Origin: Lachnospiraceae bacterium UBA5899
GTDB taxonomy: Bacteria; Bacillota; Clostridia; Lachnospirales; Lachnospiraceae
Direction of reading: 5' to 3'
Assembly (NCBI GenBank): GCA_002432425.1
Contig: DJEL01000015.1
Span: forward strand, 20,834 to 84,833
DNA: 64,000 nt
Position numbers and translations under genes: made by a program. A model generated the notes under the pieces. That model was not told where the DNA came from. It searched no databases and saw only the letters and a program-made list of their open reading frames with translations. Positions 17,540-25,358 of the stretch are shown one piece after another. Every line of letters begins with the position of its first letter. The first letter of the stretch is position 1.

Positions 17540-18298
17540 ATGTTGACACAATTTTCAAGAACGGAGCTGCTTTTGGGAAAGGAAGCCATGGAAAAGCTGA
17601 AGAATTCCAGAGTAGCGGTATTCGGCATCGGCGGCGTGGGCGGTTATGTCTGCGAAGCGCTGGTCAGAAGCGGTGTGGGTTCCTTTGATCTGATTGACGA
17701 TGACAAAGTGTGCCTCACCAACTTAAACCGCCAGATTATTGCCACCCGCAAGACGGTTGGAAAATATAAGACAGAGGTTATGAAGGAACGTATTCTGGAT
17801 ATCAATCCCGATGCGAAAGTGGAGATACACAACTGTTTCTTTTTGCCGGAAAATGCGGATGAATTTCCCTTTTCGGAGTATGATTATGTAGTGGATGCCG
17901 TGGATACGGTTACGGCTAAAATATCACTGGTCATGAAAGCACAGGAATGCCATGTGCCCATTATCAGCAGTATGGGCGCCGGCAACAAATTGGACGGCAG
18001 CCAGTTTAAGGTAGCCGATATTTACAAAACCAAGGTCTGCCCGCTGGCAAAGGTTATGCGCCGGGAGTTAAAAAAGCGCGGCGTGAAGAAACTGAAAGTC
18101 GTATATTCGGAAGAAATGCCAACAAGGCCGGTAGAGGATATGGCAATCAGTTGCCGTACCCACTGTATCTGCCCGCCGGGCGCCCAGCATAAATGCACGG
18201 AACGCCGGGATATTCCGGGCAGCGTGGCGTTTGTACCTTCCGTGGCGGGACTGATTATCGCCGGCGAAGTCGTGAAGGATTTGTGTAAGAAAGCATAA
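17540..18298 (+). CDS. tcdA: tRNA threonylcarbamoyladenosine dehydratase (ThiF/E1-like)
   Basis: VAVFGIGGVGGYVCEALVRSGVGSFDLIDDDKVCLTNLNRQ is typical of the TcdA/CsdL subfamily. Confidence 0.85.
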   Translation: MLTQFSRTELLLGKEAMEKLKNSRVAVFGIGGVGGYVCEALVRSGVGSFDLIDDDKVCLTNLNRQIIATRKTVGKYKTEVMKERILDINPDAKVEIHNCFFLPENADEFPFSEYDYVVDAVDTVTAKISLVMKAQECHVPIISSMGAGNKLDGSQFKVADIYKTKVCPLAKVMRRELKKRGVKKLKVVYSEEMPTRPVEDMAISCRTHCICPPGAQHKCTERRDIPGSVAFVPSVAGLIIAGEVVKDLCKKA

Positions 18299-18327
18299 GG
18301 AGAAAAAGAAGCATATTTAGAGTAATT

Positions 18328-18726
18328 ATGAAAATGCTTCTCGATAAAGCCGGATAAAGGAAGCAAAACAAGAAAAGAATTAAAAATGCTTTATGGCGAA
18401 GCCGGAAAAAAGAAGCAAAACAGGAAAAAGTCTGAAAATGCTCTATACTTAAGACAAAAAAAGAAAGCAAATTAAAGAAATAATTTAAAATGCGTCAGAT
18501 AGAGAGAGGCAAAAGAAGAGATAATAAAAAATTGCTTTAAATGTCGTACAAGAGGGAAGAGCAAAAAGCATGAAAACAGGAAAATGCTTTAAATGTCATA
18601 CAAGATGGAAAAGCAAAAAGCATGAAAACAGGGAAATTGCTTTAAATATTTCGCAGGAAAAGGAAGCAAAAGAAAAGGGAACGGACTTTTGCGTAAAAGC
18701 ATAGCAGGAAAGGAAAGAGGTTTAGT
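18328..18726. repeat. degenerate tandem array, about 8 units of roughly 52 nt, non-coding
   Basis: The TGC of the AAAATGC anchor recurs at 18335, 18387, 18439, 18491, 18533, 18585, 18638 and 18690 (spacings 52, 52, 52, 42, 52, 53, 52). The units at 18527-18580 and 18581-18633 are nearly identical. Each carries ATGCTTT...AAAGCAT inverted arms. Stops occur in all plus frames. Confidence 0.8.
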
Positions 18727-19788
18727 ATGAGTCAGGGAAAGAGCATTGCCATCCCTTCCGTATTGAAAATCGGAAAGGGCACACTGGATCACATCGGAGA
18801 ATATCTGAAGGATGCGGATTTTGAACAGGTGGTTATTTATTTCGGAAACGGTCTGATTGACATGTTTGGTATGCGTGTCATGGAGTCATTAAAGGAAGCC
18901 GGCATTTCGGTCCGGGAATACCGGGAACTGGACTCCGTCAACATCGAGGATATTATTACACTGGCATTTAATCTGCCCAGCCATGTGCAGGCGATTATTT
19001 CCATCGGCGGCGGAAAGGTCATTGATGCCGGAAAATATGCGGCGTTTTTAAGAAATCTGCCCTTTATCAGCGTGCCGACCTCCAGCTCCAGCGATGGCTT
19101 TTCCAGCGCTTCCGCATCCTTACTTGTGGATGGAAAACGAACCTCCGTGCCGGCGCGTATGGCATACGGCATTGTGGTGGATACGGAAGTCATTAAGACC
19201 GCACCGGAAAAATTCATTTACTCCGGCATCGGCGACATGGTTTCCAAAATCACGGCGGTTTACGACTGGATTTACGAAGGACAGCAGGGCGTCTGCGTGC
19301 CCAACGACGTAGCTATTATGATTGCGAAAAAAGCGGTCAACAGCTTTGTGAGAACGCCTTACGAAAGCATCAAGGACGATTTGTTTTTGCGGGAGCTTTT
19401 AGATTCCCTTGCCATGAGCGGCATTGCCAATGAAATCGCGGGAGGCAGCGCTCCTACCAGCGGCAGCGAACATCTGATTTCCCATGCGCTGGATAAAATT
19501 CTGGAAGTACCCCAGCTTCACGGCATCCAGGTGGGTATTGCTACCTATATTATGAGCAAAGTGCACAACCACCGCTACGTGAGAGTGAACACCGTGCTTA
19601 CGGAAACCGGTTTCTGGGAATACACCAAGACACTGAAAATGAGACGTGAAGACTTCTGCAAGGCGATTGATATGGCGCCGTCCATCAAGCCTTACCGCCA
19701 CACCTATCTGCACGAGGAAAAATACCGTGAAATGGCAAAGCAGATTGTGCGGGAAGACGAAGTGCTGAAAGATATTTTAGTGGATTGA
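18727..19788 (+). CDS. iron-containing ADH-fold protein, sn-glycerol-1-phosphate dehydrogenase-like (AraM/EgsA type)
   Basis: GGGKVIDAGKYAA, PTSSSSDGFSS and GSEHLISHALD motifs resemble G1PDH/AraM. Assigned by motif memory only. Confidence 0.6.
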   Translation: MSQGKSIAIPSVLKIGKGTLDHIGEYLKDADFEQVVIYFGNGLIDMFGMRVMESLKEAGISVREYRELDSVNIEDIITLAFNLPSHVQAIISIGGGKVIDAGKYAAFLRNLPFISVPTSSSSDGFSSASASLLVDGKRTSVPARMAYGIVVDTEVIKTAPEKFIYSGIGDMVSKITAVYDWIYEGQQGVCVPNDVAIMIAKKAVNSFVRTPYESIKDDLFLRELLDSLAMSGIANEIAGGSAPTSGSEHLISHALDKILEVPQLHGIQVGIATYIMSKVHNHRYVRVNTVLTETGFWEYTKTLKMRREDFCKAIDMAPSIKPYRHTYLHEEKYREMAKQIVREDEVLKDILVD

Positions 19789-19811
19789 TGACAGAAAACA
19801 GGCAGTGAAGT

Positions 19812-19892
19812 AAAAATGTAAAAAAGATATGTGAAACAGTAATGCAAAAAGATATGTGAAACAGAAATGTAAAAAGATATGTGAAAAACAGG
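19812..19892. repeat. three tandem 25-26-nt repeats
   Basis: AATG(T/C)AAAAAGATATGTGAAACAG occurs three times, with ATG anchors at 19816, 19842 and 19867. Confidence 0.8.
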
Positions 19893-19935
19893 CTTGCGCG
19901 GAGTGCAGGCAAATACCGGATAAAAGGAAAAAATA

Positions 19936-22386
19936 ATGGAAAAAATCAGTTTACAGGATGGATTTACCTTAAAGGTACTGGGAGAAAATGTGTATCACAT
20001 CCCGGAAGAAGAGATAGAAGCGAAGGTACCCGGCACTGTGTACGGCACGCTGCTTGACAAAGGGCTTATGCCGGATCCGTATTTCACGGAAAATGAACTG
20101 ACGGCAACAAAGCTTATGGAAAACGACTTTGAATACCGGAAGGAATTTTTCGTGACGGAAGAGATGACGGCGGCGGACGGTCTGTATCTGGTGTTTGAAG
20201 GCATCGATACCCTGAGTGACATTTATCTGAACGAGGAAAAAATCGGCAGCACCGACAACATGCACCATACTTATACATTTGATGTGCTGGAACGGTTAAA
20301 AATCGGAGAAAATGTGCTGCAGGTGGTGCTGCATTCCCCCATCCGTTATATTAAAGAAGAAAATGAAAAAATTTACACCGGGGGCAGTCTGGAATGTATG
20401 GAGGGATTTCCGCATCTCAGAAAAGCCCACTGCATGTTTGGATGGGACTGGGGGCCCAGACTGCCGGATGCCGGCATTTTCCGTCCGGTCTATCTGGAGA
20501 AAATAGAAAAAGCCAAAATCGACAGTGTGTATGTGATGCAAAATCACAGGGACGGTGCGGTCAGTCTGTCTTTCCGTACCGATTTGGTCAATCTTGCGGC
20601 AAAGGAAACGCAGGTGACCATAGAGGTTCTTTCTCCCGATGGCGAAGTGTACAGACAGCAGACGGACGGCAGCATCTTTATCGGAAATCCGAAGCTCTGG
20701 TGGCCGAACGGTTACGGCGAGCAGCCGCTTTATACGGTAAAAGCCGTGCTTACGGCGGACGGCAGGGAAGTGGATACCTGGGAAAAGAAAATCGGTCTCC
20801 GCACCATGACAGTCAATACCGGGAAGGATGAGTGGGGCAACTGTTTTGCCCATGAAGTCAACGGCCTTAAAATTTTTGCCATGGGTGCGGATTACATACC
20901 GGAGGACAATCTGTTAGGCAGAGTCAACAAAGAACGCACAAGGAAGCTCCTTATGGATTGTAAGGCAGCCAACTACAATACCGTAAGAATCTGGGGCGGC
21001 GGTTATTATCCGGACGATTATTTTTACGATATCTGCGATGAGCTGGGACTGCTTATCTGGCAGGATTTCATGTTTGCTTGTGCATCCTATGAACTGGATG
21101 AGGCATTTGATAAAAATATCCGGGAAGAAGTACGGCAGAATGTACGCAGGCTGCGTCACCATGCCAGCATCGGACTCTGGTGCGGCAACAACGAAATGGA
21201 AACCCAGACGTTAGATAAATGCTGGAAGCCTTCCGAAAAACAGAAATGTGATTACATTAAAATTTTTGAATACATCATACCGCAAGTCGTAAAAGCAGAA
21301 GACCCGCAGGGCTTTTACTGGCCGTCCTCCCCGTCCTCAGGAGGAAATTACGACAATCCCTGGGACGAAAACAGAGGGGATGCCCATTACTGGGATGTAT
21401 GGCACGGCGAAAAGCCGTTTACGGACTACAGGAAGTACCACTTCCGTTATCTGTCCGAGTTTGGCTTCCAGTCCTTCCCATGCCTGAAAACAGTGGAGAG
21501 CTTTACAATGCCGGAGGACAGGAATATATTCTCCAGAGTCATGGAAATGCACCAGAGAAACAAGGCAGCCAACGGCAAAATCATGAATTATATGGCGCAG
21601 ACCTACCTGTATCCGGGCGATTTTGAAACACTTCTGTATGCTTCCCAGCTTCTGCAGGCGGAAGCCATCCGGTACGGCGTGGAACATTTCCGCAGATACC
21701 GCGGAAGATGCATGGGTGCAGTGGTATGGCAGCTTAACGACATCTGGCCGGTGGCGTCCTGGGCAAGCATTGACTACTACGGACGATGGAAAGCCCTGCA
21801 CTATGCGGAGAAGAAAATGTTTGCACCCATCCTGCTTTCCTGTGAGGAAACGGGCGAACTGAGCGAAAGACCCTTCTGCATTACCGAGCGGAAAAAGCCC
21901 ATTGAAAAAAGTGTCCGCTTCCATGTGGCAAACGAAACATGGAAAGAATTTACGGGAAGCATTGAGTGGGAGCTCAGAACCCCGGATGCGGCAGTTGTAG
22001 AAAGCGGCATTCTTTCCGTGACAGCACTTTCCTTTGACGGTGTTTTTTTAGAGAAAATCGACTTCTCCGATAAGGACGAAAGAGGCGTTTATGTAAGCTA
22101 CCGCCTGCGGAACGAAGAAAAAGAAATAGTTTCGGAAGGCACCACACTGTTTACACCGCCCAAGCATTTTAAGTTTGAAAATCCGGAGCTCTCTTTTACC
22201 GTGGAAGGAAAAAAGATTACAGTTTCTTCCAGGGCTTACGCCAAGAGCGTGGAAATTGTGGCGCTGGACGGGGATGTGCGTTTCTCAGACAATTATTTTG
22301 ATTTGAACGGGGACAGCAAAACCGTGGAGATTGTGGAAGGAAATGCTACAAGCCTTAAGATAAGAAGTGTATACGATATCCGTTAA
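19936..22386 (+). CDS. GH2 beta-mannosidase, intracellular (no signal peptide)
   Basis: 816 aa. KLWWPNGYGEQPLY, the WCGNNE acid/base region and the YLSEFGFQS nucleophile region are typical of GH2 beta-mannosidases. Confidence 0.9.
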   Translation: MEKISLQDGFTLKVLGENVYHIPEEEIEAKVPGTVYGTLLDKGLMPDPYFTENELTATKLMENDFEYRKEFFVTEEMTAADGLYLVFEGIDTLSDIYLNEEKIGSTDNMHHTYTFDVLERLKIGENVLQVVLHSPIRYIKEENEKIYTGGSLECMEGFPHLRKAHCMFGWDWGPRLPDAGIFRPVYLEKIEKAKIDSVYVMQNHRDGAVSLSFRTDLVNLAAKETQVTIEVLSPDGEVYRQQTDGSIFIGNPKLWWPNGYGEQPLYTVKAVLTADGREVDTWEKKIGLRTMTVNTGKDEWGNCFAHEVNGLKIFAMGADYIPEDNLLGRVNKERTRKLLMDCKAANYNTVRIWGGGYYPDDYFYDICDELGLLIWQDFMFACASYELDEAFDKNIREEVRQNVRRLRHHASIGLWCGNNEMETQTLDKCWKPSEKQKCDYIKIFEYIIPQVVKAEDPQGFYWPSSPSSGGNYDNPWDENRGDAHYWDVWHGEKPFTDYRKYHFRYLSEFGFQSFPCLKTVESFTMPEDRNIFSRVMEMHQRNKAANGKIMNYMAQTYLYPGDFETLLYASQLLQAEAIRYGVEHFRRYRGRCMGAVVWQLNDIWPVASWASIDYYGRWKALHYAEKKMFAPILLSCEETGELSERPFCITERKKPIEKSVRFHVANETWKEFTGSIEWELRTPDAAVVESGILSVTALSFDGVFLEKIDFSDKDERGVYVSYRLRNEEKEIVSEGTTLFTPPKHFKFENPELSFTVEGKKITVSSRAYAKSVEIVALDGDVRFSDNYFDLNGDSKTVEIVEGNATSLKIRSVYDIR

Positions 22387-22394
22387 ACGAAACT

Positions 22395-22460
22395 AAAAAA
22401 GGACTGTACGCAGACGCCTTTCTTTCTGAAAAGAAGACGGCAGAGCGGGCAGTCCTTTTT
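22395..22460. terminator. compound hairpin between convergent genes (bidirectional terminator candidate)
   Basis: AAAAAGGACT (22396-22405) pairs with AGTCCTTTTT (22451-22460), with partial inner pairing. Confidence 0.5.
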
Positions 22461-22499
22461 GCTGCAAAGAACAGCGGCAGCATGCTGCATATAGAAATA

Positions 22500-23414
22500 T
22501 CACGCCTTATAATAGGAAGGCAGGCTTTCCAACGTTATCACATAGGGATGATTGTAAATATAGTGGATGTATTCGGGCGTATTCTGTTCGTGAATATGGA
22601 TGGTGTGCCAGGTTAAAAACCAGCACCAGTCTATCCTTTTTGCAATCATTTCCGCAGGGTCTGGAATAGGTCCGTTTTCATGGTGGCAGATGGGCATGCG
22701 TTTTGCGGTCTGATGCTCCAAAAAATGATAGAGCTCTTCGTGAATACCCTCGGAATAGGCGTCGCCGCCGATAACATCCACCACATCGTCACCGGGATAC
22801 CAGCCCTCATGCAGCTCGTGGGAATATCCCAGTACCCAGATTAAATTATGAAGACCGTGGAAGTTGACATAACGGTCATACATCAGACGCCAGAGCTTTT
22901 TGAAAGCTTCCGGGCCGCCCTTTCCCCACCAGAACCAGGCACCGTCAAATTCATGAAGCGGGCGGAATAAAACGGGGATATCCGCTTCCTGCAATTCTTT
23001 CAAAGCGTTGGCAACCACATCTAAATTCGACAGAAGTCCTTCATGCAGAGCCGTTCCGGGGGTTAAAAGCTCCTCCATATCCACGGACTCCTGACTGGAA
23101 GGGTATCCGACACCGTAAGGCGGAATGCCCCAGTGCCAGCAGATGGAAACGATACCGCCCCGGTCAAACCATTCCTTCGCACGTTTGTTTACCCCTTCAT
23201 AATCATGTTCAATATAATCCAGCCCCAAAATAGCGGGCAGATGGCCGCTGCATTTCTTTATGTGGGCAAGCTCATCCCCGTGTGTTTTGTCGCAGGGGCA
23301 TTCCTGTTGGCCGGAGAGTATGCCTTTTCCTTTTAAGGAGAGCAGAAAGTCGTACAGATGCTTTGTGCGGGCTGTGGCACTTAAATCCGTAAGCATAGCG
23401 GTATGGTTTTCCAT
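22500..23414 (-). CDS. GH26 family beta-mannanase/mannobiohydrolase-like, intracellular
   Basis: CWHWGIPP, FRPLHEFDGAWFWWG (acid/base Glu) and HHENG (nucleophile Glu). No signal peptide. AGAGAGGA lies 8 nt before ATG 23414. Confidence 0.85.
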   Translation of the reverse strand: MENHTAMLTDLSATARTKHLYDFLLSLKGKGILSGQQECPCDKTHGDELAHIKKCSGHLPAILGLDYIEHDYEGVNKRAKEWFDRGGIVSICWHWGIPPYGVGYPSSQESVDMEELLTPGTALHEGLLSNLDVVANALKELQEADIPVLFRPLHEFDGAWFWWGKGGPEAFKKLWRLMYDRYVNFHGLHNLIWVLGYSHELHEGWYPGDDVVDVIGGDAYSEGIHEELYHFLEHQTAKRMPICHHENGPIPDPAEMIAKRIDWCWFLTWHTIHIHEQNTPEYIHYIYNHPYVITLESLPSYYKA

Positions 23415-23813
23415 AAGAAAAATCCTCTCTTTTTGCAATATTTTCCATGAGTTTACCATAATTATTCCGGAAATGGAAGAACTTTAACTAAAAAAACTTA
23501 AATTAAGCTAAAACACTGTGGATAATAGGCTAAAAAGTGATAAAAATGAAGTGAATTACACGTAAAAAAAGCATAAAACAAATATAAAATAAAAATTAAG
23601 GTCAAAAAAATATACAAGAGCACCAAAACGCCGGAAAATCCCATAATTAAAAAATGCACAAAAAGTACAAATAAATATTGTCCAAATCGACAAAATGCAT
23701 AAATGCTATTGCGGTTTCGGGTTATTTATAGTAAGATTGCTATATAAGTTAAAATTACTTAAAAGAACTTAAAAGCTTAATCAACGATTATTGCAGCATA
23801 GATGGGAGACACC

Positions 23814-25334
23814 ATGAAAAGAGGCGGCAGAGCAATCAGCATCGGACTGAGTGCGGTGATGGGACTGACAGCGGCAGGCTGCGGACAGTCCGGCACCGAT
23901 AATGCACAGGAGTCCGTGCCCTATGTACCGGAAGTCATAGGCATATATGAAGCAGAAGAAGCAGCGGGCACAGGGAATGTGAAGGCTGCTGTTTCCCTTG
24001 TGAAAGAGGGATATTCCGGAAACGGTTATGTAGAGGGTTTTGAAAACGACGATGACTCCTGCACATTTGATGTGGATATACCGGAAGACGGATTTTACGA
24101 TTTGAATTTTGTCTGTGCTTCGCTTGGCGGAGAGAAAGACAACTATGTGAAGATTGACGGGGGATCGGCGGGGACGATTCACACGGAGGACAGTGATTTT
24201 TCCGACTGCGTGTTAGAACGGGTTTATCTGGAAACGGGTACCCACAAGGTCAGTGTGGTCAAGTACTGGGGCTGGATAAGCCTTGACTGTCTGAAGGTTA
24301 CGACCTCCCAGCCGATTTCTTCCTCCCTTTATAAAGTGGATGCGGCGCTTTGCAACAAGAACGCATCCGAGGAAACCAAGAGGCTTTACAGTTTCTTACT
24401 TGACAATTACGGAGAAAAGTTCATATCCGGGCAGTTCTGCGATACGGGACAGTTCGGAAAGGAGTTCCAGGTGATTAAGAGCGCCACGGGAAAGACCCCG
24501 GCGGTTCTGGGACTCGACTTTATGGAGTACACGCCCTCACGGGTGGAGAAAGGCTCCAAGGGCACTTCCACAGAGCTTGCCAAAAGCTTCTGGGAAAACG
24601 GCGGTATCGTTACTTTCTGCTGGCACTGGAATGCACCGACCAAATACATAACCGGCCAATGGTACAGCGCCTTCTATACGGACTCCACCAACATCAATCT
24701 GCAGAAGATTATGGACGGTGAGGACAAGGAAGGATACGACCTTTTGATGGCGGACATCGATGCCATTGCCGAACAGCTTCTTATATTAAAGGAAGCAAAG
24801 GTGCCGATATTGTTCCGGCCCCTGCACGAAGCAAGCGGCGGATGGTTCTGGTGGGGAGCCAGCGGACCGGAAGCCTACAAAGAGCTATACAAGCTTTTGT
24901 ATGACAGACTCACCAATGAGTACGGACTTGACAACCTTATCTGGGTGTGGAACGGACAGGATGCCGAATGGTATCCGGGAGACGAATATGTGGACATCAT
25001 CGGCGAGGATATTTATCCCGGTGAAAGGGTTTACCAGTCACAGATTGCTTCCTATCTGAATGCAGCTACCAATTACAGCACCGAAAACAAAATGGTTTAC
25101 CTCACGGAAAACGGATGTCTGTTTGACCCCGACCTTGCAAGAAGAGACGGAGCCATGTGGGGAATGTGGTGCACCTGGTCGGGTGAATTCGTAGCGAAGG
25201 ATACTTCCCTGTTCCAGCTAAGTGAACAGTATACGGAAGAATCCATGCTAAAGAAGGTATATGAAGACGAAGATGTCATTACTTTGGAAGATTTACCGGA
25301 TTTGAAAACGTACAAAATTAGAAAAGGATTATAA
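23814..25334 (+). CDS. surface lipoprotein GH26 beta-mannanase with N-terminal CBM6/35-like module
   Basis: Lipobox LTAAGC. The CBM-like region has YEAEEA...GYSGNGYVEGF...WISLDCLKV. The GH26 core has FCWHWNAP, FRPLHEASGGWFWWG and YLTENG. Confidence 0.85.
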   Translation: MKRGGRAISIGLSAVMGLTAAGCGQSGTDNAQESVPYVPEVIGIYEAEEAAGTGNVKAAVSLVKEGYSGNGYVEGFENDDDSCTFDVDIPEDGFYDLNFVCASLGGEKDNYVKIDGGSAGTIHTEDSDFSDCVLERVYLETGTHKVSVVKYWGWISLDCLKVTTSQPISSSLYKVDAALCNKNASEETKRLYSFLLDNYGEKFISGQFCDTGQFGKEFQVIKSATGKTPAVLGLDFMEYTPSRVEKGSKGTSTELAKSFWENGGIVTFCWHWNAPTKYITGQWYSAFYTDSTNINLQKIMDGEDKEGYDLLMADIDAIAEQLLILKEAKVPILFRPLHEASGGWFWWGASGPEAYKELYKLLYDRLTNEYGLDNLIWVWNGQDAEWYPGDEYVDIIGEDIYPGERVYQSQIASYLNAATNYSTENKMVYLTENGCLFDPDLARRDGAMWGMWCTWSGEFVAKDTSLFQLSEQYTEESMLKKVYEDEDVITLEDLPDLKTYKIRKGL

Positions 25335-25358
25335 AAAAGGAAAGAGAGAGGTATCACT

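Noticed and set aside
18328-18726. Possible CRISPR array (regularly spaced repeats)
   Set aside because: The whole unit is repeated and progressively degenerate, with no unique spacers between conserved repeats. The region is A-rich, there are no cas genes in the window, and the unit length does not fit a repeat+spacer architecture.
23678-23791. LacI/CcpA operator call in the divergent GH26 control region
   Set aside because: Only short 5+5 inverted repeats were found (TTGTC-N6-GACAA; TAATC-N3-GATTA). Neither matches the TG.AA.CG.T..CA-type consensus, so they are mentioned as candidates only and not annotated as features.
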